Of a stretch of DNA of 64,000 nt, positions 1-8,584 are shown in pieces. The position numbers and the translations under genes were made by a program. The DNA is from an uncultured Nitrospiraceae bacterium. GTDB lineage: Bacteria; Nitrospirota; Nitrospiria; Nitrospirales; Nitrospiraceae. The first letter of the stretch is position 1; the number at the start of each line of letters is the position of its first letter. The notes under the pieces are model-generated. The model had not been told where the DNA came from and ran no database searches. It saw nothing but the letters and a program-made list of their open reading frames with translations. The stretch is taken from contig CAWJWJ010000002.1 in the NCBI GenBank assembly GCA_963846575.1, positions 512,001-576,000 of the forward strand, written 5' to 3'.

Positions 1-364
1 ACAACTCACTGACTTTTGTGAGCTCAAGTTCCGAAGGGTGGAAGACCGTGGTTCGTGCCTCCGGTCGTATGAGGGCGTCGATTGCTGACAGTTCGAACAG
101 CGCGATGGAGTTCAGCGACCAACTATGCGAACGGGCGACCTTGAGGAGCTCCTCCTTCGTCTCCGAGAGGGTGATATAAAGATTTTTTTCTCCCCGGCGT
201 ACGCCTTCAAGAAGGAACTGAAGAGCTAAGGTGGTTTTACCAGACCCCGGGTCTCCCTGAACCAAGTACAAGCAATTGCTCGGTAGCCCTCCCCCGAGGA
301 CTTCATCCAGCCCATCTACGCCCGTGTCGCAGCGTTTGTCTGGCTCTGTGTTGTGTGCGTCCAT
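1..364 (-). CDS. KaiC-like RecA-superfamily ATPase (5' part; runs off left edge)
   Basis: Translated by hand: MDAHNTEPDKRCDTGVDGLDEVLGGGLPSNCLYLVQGDPGSGKTTLALQFLLEG...YITLSET. TGxxGLDxxLGGG plus Walker A is typical of KaiC/ATPase domains. Confidence 0.85.
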   Translation of the reverse strand, partial: MDAHNTEPDKRCDTGVDGLDEVLGGGLPSNCLYLVQGDPGSGKTTLALQFLLEGVRRGEKNLYITLSETKEELLKVARSHSWSLNSIALFELSAIDALIRPEARTTVFHPSELELTKVSEL

Positions 365-544
365 AGTCCAGCTGTAACTCCAATTAGAATTCCGATTAGA
401 ATTTATAACCGCCGCACTCGTTAGGCGAGCTAGGATAATCCCTAGTCAGGATTTGCTTTGTCTTTGCCGACGCAGCGGCCGGTTGTCATGTCGGAATCGC
501 TCCCGTTAAGACACTGTGCCCGGTTGGCTAACAGAGAATGAGGA

Positions 545-785
545 CACGGGGCGGGGAGTGGCCCAGTTCTGGCGCCGCGAGGCTGAGTGAAGGTGCGCCC
601 TCGAACGGTGAAGGTCCCTCCATAAAAAAAGAAAGAGGTACGGAAACGCGCTGAACCAACCAGTACTGGATTCGCCCGCACCGAAACGTGAGTAGAGGAG
701 TGGAACAACCGGGATTCAGAACAGGACGCTGTGTTCGTGAGTCAATCTTGTGCTCCGGTGGATTGGCAATCTCCGTCGAAGGTTT
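545..785 (+). pseudogene. Degraded tyrosine integrase fragment, homologous to the intact integrase at 13955-15040
   Basis: DNA aligns by eye with ~14528-14770, e.g. gaacaggacgctgtgttcgtgagtcaatct vs gaacaggatgtcgtcttcgtcagtcaatct, plus shared agaggagtgga and cgtcgaaggttt. Many indels. Confidence 0.8.
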
Positions 786-807
786 GCGCCGAACCGCTTT
801 GAGAATG

Positions 808-852
808 TGGTGTCCCCGGGCTGAATTGAACCGGCAACCTTCGGTTCAGGAA
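808..852 (-). repeat. att core: degenerate 3' half of tRNA-Arg(CCT), 5 mismatches in 45 bp
   Basis: tggtgtccccgggctgaattgaaccggcaaccttcggttcaggaa vs 15046-15090. Confidence 0.9.
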
Positions 853-1150
853 TGTGCTACGTAGTTTGAACGCCATAACTCATTATGCTACACCTGGACA
901 CATTAGCCCTTTCGCTTAAGTAGGATAGGTGTACAGCATCACTCATGATGACATGAGGCAGGGGTTCTCCGGCACGAACCGTCCGACTCTCCAGCGCCGG
1001 ATCGAAGGAGATGAGACCGACAAGTCGGTCCCCGGCATCGGATCTCAGGCAGCACCGGCGGTGTCAAGGATGAGCGGCAAGTAATTCTAGAACGAGCTGA
1101 GCAATGACGGCATTGTCTCAGGTGCCGTAAGCGGCATAGAGGAGGACATT

Positions 1151-1510
1151 ATGCGGCTGGTGGCACTGATTATCACGTTCGCTTTGCCTCTATGTGCCCA
1201 TGCCCAAAACGTGGGCGATCTTAGCCCGAACCCGAATAACAGTAGCACTAGCGGCAATCCCTTCAGTCCGGGCGGATCGTGGAGCATTAGTCGTCAGGGC
1301 AGTTCTGGCATTGGGCGGGCTGCCCCGACCGGCCCGTATTCCTGGTCCAACGTGTCCCCAATACCCGGACCGTCAGCGGGGTACGACCGTCCTCACTCTT
1401 CGCCACTACGCACCCCAGAGATTATGAGTCCGAACGTACCGGGCAGGAGTCTTGGGCCTTATGGCATCACGCTGCCTTCCAACCATCCGCTGGGTCTTGG
1501 TACCCGATGA
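1151..1510 (+). CDS. Putative secreted Pro/Ser/Gly-rich protein
   Basis: GAGGAGGA RBS, signal peptide MRLVALIITFALPLCAHA, low-complexity mature part. Confidence 0.55.
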   Translation: MRLVALIITFALPLCAHAQNVGDLSPNPNNSSTSGNPFSPGGSWSISRQGSSGIGRAAPTGPYSWSNVSPIPGPSAGYDRPHSSPLRTPEIMSPNVPGRSLGPYGITLPSNHPLGLGTR

Positions 1511-2426
1511 GATGATGATTATCAGATGCCTGTGGGCGCAGGGAAGACGGCATGTGATACACCATATTCCCACCTCAGCCTCTCCATTCAGACAGCCCGC
1601 AATCCCTTTTTCACCAGACTGCGAGACGAGATGGCGAGCGATCTTGTAATCCTGTGTCCTGTGTCATCTTTGACAAGGCTGTACCCCTGCTACGCGTAAC
1701 TCGTGGTCATCCGCTTCTGAAATGACTGTGTGCCCTCTTTCTCGCAGTCGTTCTTATTGGACCGTCGGTCCTGGCATTTATTAGGGATGGGGGACCGTTG
1801 GTTCTCTGGTCAGGGGGCGGCAACCCAATCGGTAGGCGGCCGCTTATCCCTAGCTCGCTGACGCAGTTCCTTGGATGGCGTTAGGTTTCTGGGTTTGACC
1901 AGCTGTCTCGCAGTCATCACCAGTGGGTCACCGATCACTGAGATGGCTGTGGTTTCTCGCCGTGACGCTGTTGTACTGCCTATTACCCATCCCGTTTCAG
2001 CATCGTTATGACTGGTGTGTCCCTCGGGCATTCGCCCCATGACTTCTCAGTCAATCGAATGGGCGCAAGAGCTAACCTGGCGCGACTTACGGCGAATTAC
2101 CCACGTTCTAACAGCCAGAGCCAAAGCCAACGGTGGAGTTGCGTGTCCGGTCGATGACCTGAAGATCCTCAGCCGCTTCATGTTGGGCGGCCAGATACTG
2201 ATGTACGATGTGCGATGCGTAGACTGAGGTACACGGTCGGCTCCCAGTCCACCAATGCATCCTGGATCGATAGTCATGAGGGTGAGTGGAGACCGTCAAG
2301 AAGCGTGGCTTCAGGTCACGACATTGGCACGTGACATCGGGGAGGTCGTTACGTGGGTATCAAATTATGGCGGACAGGAATCGTACTTCATGAATCCCTT
2401 AAACCGTCTTAGGATGGACGGCACAG

Positions 2427-2605
2427 GCGACACTGCAACGGCGATGCAGACTGTGGGCCACAAGTCGGAGAGGATGTTGAAGCGGTTCAATGTCATCGTG
2501 AGAAGGACTTCGTCACAACAGCATCACGAAGTAACACGTATCTCGAAGCTGATACATCAGTATCGCCTGCCCATTCAGCAGCGCTGTCCATTCCTATAGC
2601 TGCTT
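2427..2605 (+). pseudogene. Tyrosine integrase C-terminal remnant (same lineage as 5338-5610)
   Basis: DTATAMQTVGHKSERMLKRFN matches DTATAMRIVDHKSEKTWKRHN. A 1-bp deletion follows; downstream ttcctat(a)RCTGCTT is shared. Confidence 0.8.
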
Positions 2606-2607
2606 AT

Positions 2608-2652
2608 CGGTGCCCCCGGCCAGAATTGAACAGGCGACCTTCGGTTTAGGAA
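2608..2652 (-). repeat. att core: 3' half of tRNA-Arg(CCT), 2 mismatches in 45 bp
   Basis: cggtgcccccggccagaattgaacaggcgaccttcggtttaggaa. Confidence 0.95.
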
Positions 2653-2784
2653 TCAGTGGAGAGGGGATGCTCAAGTTGTTGAAGACCTGGGCATTCCCCG
2701 CCCCCCGCGCTATTGCTGCAAGCCCATTCTTTCCCCTCCAGTAGTCTCAATTCTTTTCAAATCACCTCACTTTGTTCCTCTTCT

Positions 2785-2804
2785 TAACACTGTAATAACA
2801 CCTG
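2785..2804 (+). repeat. Putative integrase arm-type site, element B left end
   Basis: taacactgtaataacacctg: TAACAC repeated with 11-bp period; near-identical copy at 5526-5545. Confidence 0.7.
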
Positions 2805-2808
2805 TCCA

Positions 2809-2881
2809 GCCACCCCCGGGGGGTGCCTTGCGCGACCTTCCGCCCTCACCGATCCGGCGTACATGGGACCCGCGTGTTAAG
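2809..2881 (+). repeat. Bipartite motif copy 1 (GCCRCCCCCGGGGG-N~35-TACATRGGACCCGCGTGKTAAG)
   Basis: Second copy at 4878-4948. Confidence 0.7.
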
Positions 2882-3161
2882 GACTCACCTTGCATGAGAC
2901 AGCTCCTGCTAGCCTGACCCCGTCCATGCACCATCCATTCCACGCTGGTTGCCTTGAACTTTCCCAACCGCGATGTTACGGTCCCGTTTGCTTACCCGCG
3001 GGACGCGGCTATCAGGAATGGCTATACGGCACGAGCTTTTCTATGCGAACGCGGAGAAAGAAGCCCTGTTGCAAAGTCCAACCAATAGCGGGGCGGGCTG
3101 GGCACCCTAACGAAGAGCGTTGAGTCTGCGCGTGCTCGCCTTCACGCCATTTTCTTGACCA

Positions 3162-4481
3162 ATGGATAATGCCACTCTCTGGTTCATCCTCGTGGGCTCT
3201 CTATTCCTCGGAGTTGCCGTAGTCGGCTCCTATGTGCGGCGTCTGCCGCTATCGACCGCGCTGCTGTATCTGGCCGTGGGCGTGGCCCTCGGTCCCATTG
3301 GCCTGGGAGTGATCCGGCTTGACCCTTTCGAGGATGCCGCGTTTCTCGAACGGGTCAGCGAGGTGGCGGTTATCATCTCACTGTTTACTGCCGGGCTAAA
3401 ACTTCGCATTCCCCTGTCGGATTACCGATGGAGGCCGCCGCTGCGGCTTGCGTTCGTTTCCATGACCGCGACTGTGTTCGCTCTTGCGTTCGCAGGTGTG
3501 TATTGGATCGGGTTGTCCTGGGGCGCGGCAGTTCTGCTTGGCGCCGTGCTCGCGCCTACAGACCCAGTTCTCGCCAGTGACGTTCAAGTGGAGCATCCTT
3601 TTGATTACGACCCCCTTCGATTCTCTCTGACAGGTGAAGCCGGATTCAACGATGGCACGGCCTTCCCGTTCGTCATGCTTGGCTTAGGTCTCCTCGGACT
3701 GCACCCGATGGGAGACTGGGGAGTCCGATGGTTCGTGGTAGACGTGGTCTGGGCCATCGTCGGAGGCCTGCTCATCGGCACCTTATTAGGGACGGCGGTT
3801 GCCCGAGGCGTTCTTTATTTGCGGCGGGTTCATCGTGAGGCAGTCGGGCTCGATGACTTTCTCGCATTGGCCTTGATAGGACTTTCATACGGCCTGGCGC
3901 TGCTCTGCCATACGTACGGCTTTCTGGCGGTGTTCGCCGCCGGGTTAGCCTTACGCCGTATCGAACGCCACCAGAGTCCGGAGGAGGACAACGAGTCAGA
4001 ATCGGTCTTTGATGCGGGCCAGTCAGAAGAGGAGGTGGCAACCGATCCGGAAAAGGCGCCCGCCGCCATGGCGGAAGTTGTGCTCCACTTCACTGAGCAA
4101 CTGGAACGGATGGGCGAACTCGTTATCGTGGTGCTGATCGGAGCAATGTTGTCGTGGAGGTTGGTGCCCTGGCAGGCAATCTGGTTTGTTCCCCTGTTGC
4201 TGCTGATCATCAGGCCTGTATCGGTGTATCTGGGACTGCTCGGAAGCTCAGTGCCTGCGCTGGAAAAACAGTTTACCGGCTGGTTCGGCATCCGAGGCAT
4301 TGGATCCGTTTACTATTTGATGTATGGACTAGTTCATGGAGTTCCGGAGGTGGAAGCCCGAACGCTGATCGGATTGACGCTTGCGACCATCGTGGTGTCT
4401 GCACTGGCGCATGGGATCACGGTCACACCTTTGATGAAGTTGTACGCAAATAGAACCTCAGAAGCTCGGGCCGTGTCGTGA
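3162..4481 (+). CDS. Cation:proton antiporter, CPA1/NhaP-like
   Basis: 439 aa polytopic membrane protein with APTDPVLA, GEAGFNDG and WFGIRGIGS motifs. Confidence 0.92.
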   Translation: MDNATLWFILVGSLFLGVAVVGSYVRRLPLSTALLYLAVGVALGPIGLGVIRLDPFEDAAFLERVSEVAVIISLFTAGLKLRIPLSDYRWRPPLRLAFVSMTATVFALAFAGVYWIGLSWGAAVLLGAVLAPTDPVLASDVQVEHPFDYDPLRFSLTGEAGFNDGTAFPFVMLGLGLLGLHPMGDWGVRWFVVDVVWAIVGGLLIGTLLGTAVARGVLYLRRVHREAVGLDDFLALALIGLSYGLALLCHTYGFLAVFAAGLALRRIERHQSPEEDNESESVFDAGQSEEEVATDPEKAPAAMAEVVLHFTEQLERMGELVIVVLIGAMLSWRLVPWQAIWFVPLLLLIIRPVSVYLGLLGSSVPALEKQFTGWFGIRGIGSVYYLMYGLVHGVPEVEARTLIGLTLATIVVSALAHGITVTPLMKLYANRTSEARAVS

Positions 4482-4877
4482 GGGTACCGGGCAGTGTGCC
4501 ACGACACTGGTAAGGAGCTTTGCTAGCCAACGGATGGGTGAAATCCCCAGCGGGCGCTATGGAACATATAGGACCTGAATGTTGTATGCGGCTAGAGCAA
4601 GGATAGAACGCCCTCGCCTCTACCAAGGAACCCCCGACATCATCGTTTACAGCCTGGCATGCGCCCATTCACGTCATTCTGAGGCAGGCCGTCCCGGTAA
4701 GACGTTCTTTCCAAGAGTCCATCTCCCCGCACCTCCCCATGCTCCAGAGGAGGTAGCCGAAGCTCAAAGGGAAACTAGAGTTTGTCAGATTGCACTGAGT
4801 TACGTTGCGCGTGACGGTTCTATGCTGATGCAGGGCACACTTTCGAGCACGCCTGTCAATTCAGGCTCCGCAGACAT

Positions 4878-4948
4878 GCCGCCCCCGGGGGACGTTGTAC
4901 GGCCAGGGCTCTGTATCACAAGCCCTTACATAGGACCCGCGTGGTAAG
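4878..4948 (+). repeat. Bipartite motif copy 2
   Basis: gccgcccccggggg...tacataggacccgcgtggtaag. Confidence 0.7.
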
Positions 4949-5337
4949 CTAGGATTCCAAGCCGGTGTGCATCGTACGTATGTCAGTCAAATTGAACGTG
5001 GCTTGGAATCACCAACAATGAATACCATTGTGCGGATTGCACGGGCACTTAACATCCCGCCAGAAAAGCTAGTTTCCGTTGTTGATCGTTAAAATTTACG
5101 ACCTTAGGATGATTCTGTCCGCCAGCTTTCATCTAGAAATCGGATGCCACGACAAGATACTCCATTAACCTACTACGCGTTCATTGAGATTGCTTTCCAC
5201 AGGCTTTTTGGATACACCTTGCCATGAAGATAGGTACATGACGCAAATGAAACCTAAGATTAAGAGTTAAGGTGTCAGAAGAATCGATCTCCCTGAGAAC
5301 GGTGTTGACCTGGATTGGTGCCAGATAGGTTTCCGGT

Positions 5338-5610
5338 GTGGAAGGCTTGCGATTCCATGACCTACGCCACTGTGCCGCGACGAACCTCCGAAGAGCGGGA
5401 GTCGATACGGCCACTGCAATGCGGATTGTGGATCACAAGTCGGAAAAGACGTGGAAGCGGCACAACGCTATCGATGAGAAGGACCTGACCACGGCAGCGG
5501 CTAGACTGAACACTTACCTCGAAGCTAACACTGTATTAACACCTGCCGATTCGACTCCATTACCGATTCCTATAACTGCTTCATTATTTGGTGCCCCCGG
5601 CCTGAATTGA
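5338..5610 (+). pseudogene. Tyrosine integrase C-terminal remnant
   Basis: LRFHDLRH box II present; the expected catalytic Tyr position reads His (KRHN); no N-terminal part. Confidence 0.88.
5526..5545 (+). repeat. Putative integrase arm-type site, element B right end
   Basis: taacactgtattaacacctg, 43 bp before the att core. Confidence 0.7.
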
Positions 5611-5633
5611 ACAGGCGACCTTCGGTTTAGGAA
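5589..5633 (-). repeat. att core: exact 45-bp copy of tRNA-Arg(CCT) 3' half
   Basis: Identical to 15046-15090. Confidence 0.97.
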
Positions 5634-5763
5634 TCAGGACAGGACAGTTTTTAAAATGCTCGGTGTTTCAAATGGTTTCCCCGTTTTTACAGCGAAAGCA
5701 GGTACTTGCACGCGTTCCATTGATTCGATGAATTCGAGGTGTATAGATCGGTTTTGAAGTTTT

Positions 5764-5782
5764 TTAGCACAAATTTAGCACA
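5764..5782 (+). repeat. Putative integrase arm-type site, element A left end
   Basis: ttagcacaaatttagcaca, identical at 14982-15000; 1 mismatch at 8299-8317. Confidence 0.75.
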
Positions 5783-6308
5783 GTGGTTTGGGGTGAACCC
5801 CTCCGGTGAGACAGATTGTGATCGCGCACGTGGTGGTTTAATGATGCTGCTCCTCACGGTGCTCCTCGTGCCTAGCGTTTTACGGGCGGCGCCGCATACC
5901 CCTGAGTGTACTGTGGATCATGTATCGCCCGGATGGGTGCTGAAGTTGCGCCTAGTCTCCCTCACCTAGTCCTTGAGTCTCATAGATCCGAGTTCCCCTC
6001 GTGTCCGCTGCTATCTACCGGGGCTATGCCCAGTGCACCAAAAGCGAAGTCGGGGCTAAAGTCATAGGGTGGTGCTCGAATGAGCAGGTCCTGTAGCTGT
6101 GCTCCGATGCCTCCGCATCGTACCGGCAGCAACAACGCGGACCTTTACTTCCCTGAGTCTGCAGACGGAACGTCCAATCTCCCACGCCTGTGGTCGATCA
6201 GGAGAGCATCCTGTTCGGTTGTTGCGGCAACCGTTCCACGGACGCAGATATCACCGAGCCTGACGAGACCTTGCGAGCACCATCTCGATCTATTTGAGGA
6301 ATATACCC

Positions 6309-7151
6309 ATGCAATCAAACTTCATAGACTCGATGCGTACTGACGGTGGCGACCTCCTCAGACGCGATAGGTGCCTTTGGAACCCCCTGACGATCGATCC
6401 CGTGGCAAGCCAGTTCTCGAGTTACGCGGCCTTCCAGGACACGGCGGTCATCAGGCCCCTGGTACCGGACGTACCTGTCGGCGCCGACCTCACCGATGCG
6501 CACGATCAACTGAGACAACAGATGTTTGGCGAGTACTACCCATGCGCTGGCGCGATCTCGGTGTTCGCTCAAAAAAGCTATCGTTTCGGATTATTCCCAG
6601 AACTCGCGGGCGACAGTGCCGTCCGTGCCGTCTGTCACGATCTCTATGAGTTCTGCCACGAATTCCCGATCATGGACGACCAGCTCACGACCTTTATCGC
6701 GATGTTCCGCGGACCCGCGATCGAATCAGAACAGCATTTTGAGGATCTGCTTTGGACTCAGCTACAGGCCATGCACGTCATTGATTCCGATTTCTTTGCC
6801 TGGGACAAGAGCGTCGACTCCAACCCACAGAACAATAACTTTTCATTCAGCATCGGCGGGCGAGCGATGTTCATCATCGGCATGCACCCCAAGGCCTCAC
6901 GTCTCGCACGCACCTTCAGGTATCCGACCATGGTGTTCAACCTGCATGCACAGTTTGAGCGCTTGCGCGCTCGCGGTAAGTTTGAGACGATGCAGCAGCT
7001 CATTCGGGCACGCGAGATGGCGTTCCAGGGCTCGATCAACCCGATGCTGAAAAACTTTGGCAAAGGCTCCGAAGCGAATCAATATTCCGGGCAGGCCGTT
7101 TCAGACAATTGGCCATGCCCGTTCCATGCACACACAAAGGACGAACCATGA
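6309..7151 (+). CDS. YqcI/YcgG family protein (GntA/DcsA-like heme-dependent guanidino N-hydroxylase family)
   Basis: YPCAGA, FSFSIGGRAMFIIGMHP.ASRLAR, VFNLHAQFE and C-terminal CPF motifs; GAGGA RBS before ATG 6309. Confidence 0.82.
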   Translation: MQSNFIDSMRTDGGDLLRRDRCLWNPLTIDPVASQFSSYAAFQDTAVIRPLVPDVPVGADLTDAHDQLRQQMFGEYYPCAGAISVFAQKSYRFGLFPELAGDSAVRAVCHDLYEFCHEFPIMDDQLTTFIAMFRGPAIESEQHFEDLLWTQLQAMHVIDSDFFAWDKSVDSNPQNNNFSFSIGGRAMFIIGMHPKASRLARTFRYPTMVFNLHAQFERLRARGKFETMQQLIRAREMAFQGSINPMLKNFGKGSEANQYSGQAVSDNWPCPFHAHTKDEP

Positions 7152-7741
7152 CCACTCATCAGTGGACCCGTATTGCCCCACAGAGTGGCTGCTCATTCAA
7201 TATCAAGCGTGGGCAAGTGCTGCGCGTTGTCGATCCGCTGGGCGAGCAGGTCTCTGACCTGTTCGCCTTCGACGAGCACGATCACCATTGCCGATTGTCG
7301 TCAGGTCGTTCGCTGGACTATGCGAGCCGGATCTACCTGACGACGAGCGACATCCTCTACGCCAGCAATAGCAAGCCGATGTTCACCATCGTCGAAGACA
7401 CCGTGGGGCTGCATGACTTCCTCCTGACGCCCTGTAGTCAAGAGATGTTTCAGATTCTGTACAAGCATGAGGGTCACCATCCGAGCTGTTTCGAGAACCT
7501 CGTTAACTCGTTAAAAGCGTACGGTATCTCCGGCCATCAAATCTCGACAACCTTCAACATCTTCATGAACGTCAAGGTCGATCCGCAGGGAACAGTGACG
7601 GTGGGCGTGCCTATGTCAAAGCCGGGGGACCACATCGACCTGCGGGCCGAGATGGACATGGTGTGCGGCCTCACAGCCTGCTCGGCTGAAGGTTCGAACA
7701 ACGGGAGTTTCAAACCTATCGACTTTTCAATCCTTGATTGA
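7148..7741 (+). CDS. DUF1989 / urea carboxylase-associated family protein
   Basis: GEQVSDL, HDFLLTPCS, SCFENL, FNIFMNV and ACSA motifs; ATGA overlap with upstream gene. Confidence 0.88.
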   Translation: MTTHQWTRIAPQSGCSFNIKRGQVLRVVDPLGEQVSDLFAFDEHDHHCRLSSGRSLDYASRIYLTTSDILYASNSKPMFTIVEDTVGLHDFLLTPCSQEMFQILYKHEGHHPSCFENLVNSLKAYGISGHQISTTFNIFMNVKVDPQGTVTVGVPMSKPGDHIDLRAEMDMVCGLTACSAEGSNNGSFKPIDFSILD

Positions 7742-7868
7742 CGTCTGGGGGACCGCCACATTTCTCTTCTTTCTAAACCTGTACTAATACATCGATGCGA
7801 AACATGCTGAGGTAAACGGGGGCAGCAGAATCAAGAAGAGCGCTCTGTCTCGGAAGCAGTGGAAGAAA

Positions 7869-7915
7869 CGATGAACCATACTGGTATCGAACCAGTGGGG
7901 TCTTCTGTGTGAAGG
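7869..7915 (-). repeat. Degenerate att-like 3' half of a tRNA-Val(CAC)
   Basis: Minus strand reads ccttcacacagaag..actggTTCGATAccagt: CAC anticodon loop plus paired T-arm. TGAC repeats follow at 8044/8055/8066. Confidence 0.6.
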
Positions 7916-8127
7916 CAAAAGCGAAGATTTCTTAATTGCTCGCTGTTGCAATGGTTTCCCCATAAAGATTCAAAATTCAAGTGGTTATGAGTTCTCTATA
8001 GCTTCTATTCTCTGCATTACGTTTCAGGAGATCAGATGATTTCTGACACAAAAGTGACCACAGGGTGACTACCTATATGAGCTGGCTGGATTAAAATACC
8101 GCGCGTTAAGACCCACGACAGAATAGT

Positions 8128-8170
8128 CGGTTGCGAGAAGAGATTGAACCTCTGACCTGGGAGTTAAGAG
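8128..8170 (-). repeat. Degenerate att-like 3' half resembling initiator tRNA-Met
   Basis: cggttgcg..gattgaacct..gacct..gttaagag resembles revcomp tRNA-fMet (tggttgcg..ttgaacc..gacct..gttatgag); A-type arm repeat follows at 8299-8317. Confidence 0.5.
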
Positions 8171-8584
8171 ATGCCTAATGTGCAGTTCTCTAATGCCTTG
8201 TTCCTACGTCTTGTTTCTAGCTTTATAAATAAAATCAGCGCTTTATCGGATCTAAGGGCTCCGATTGATTCAGCAATTCTGTTCTCTTTTGGCGAGGTTT
8301 AGCACAAATTTAGCGCAATGATTTGGGAGAACCCCACCTCGATCTTGCGTATGCCTTCACAGGGAAATAGGAGCTAGACCTATGTAACACTGACCTCCAC
8401 TCCTCCAGGACAGCCTTCAGACCCTGAGGATAAGTTGCAAAAGAGCCACTCCATGAATGTGACCGCACGCATATATTCGGGTGGAATACTCTGCTTCAAT
8501 CTGGCAGAGTACCAACCTCGAGCGGTACTGATGTCGTCACTAGACAGGTCCGTTTAGAATTGACTCCCTTTTGTCGCTCTGCAC

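Larger units (their letters stand above)
808..2652. mobile_element. Decayed integrative element C in the tRNA-Arg tandem stack
   Basis: Bounded by att-core copies, with an integrase C-terminal remnant abutting the right core. Confidence 0.7.
2608..5633. mobile_element. Decayed integrative element B (antiporter cargo)
   Basis: att cores at both ends, TAACACTGTAWTAACACCTG repeat near both ends, integrase remnant at right end. Confidence 0.8.

Noticed and set aside
960..990. Arm-type repeat at the left end of element C
   Set aside because: Only a weak ccggcacgaaccgtccg pattern that does not match the TAACAC motif.
2039..2420. In-frame TGA at 2225-2227 as selenocysteine or readthrough
   Set aside because: It lies in a decayed element, the peptide is not recognisable and no SECIS-like hairpin is evident; pseudogene or chance is more likely.
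4851..4866. gcctgtcaattcaggc resembling the tRNA-Arg T-arm on the opposite strand
   Set aside because: Short, needs a gap, and flanks do not match; could be chance.
808..5633. The three tRNA-like copies as functional tRNAs or a CRISPR-like array
   Set aside because: They lack the 5' half of the tRNA, spacing is kilobases, and there are no cas genes.
5970..6308. Guanidine riboswitch upstream of the YqcI/DUF1989 operon
   Set aside because: No twin ACGR-loop hairpins or ykkC-type consensus recognised by eye; an Rfam cmsearch is needed to exclude it.
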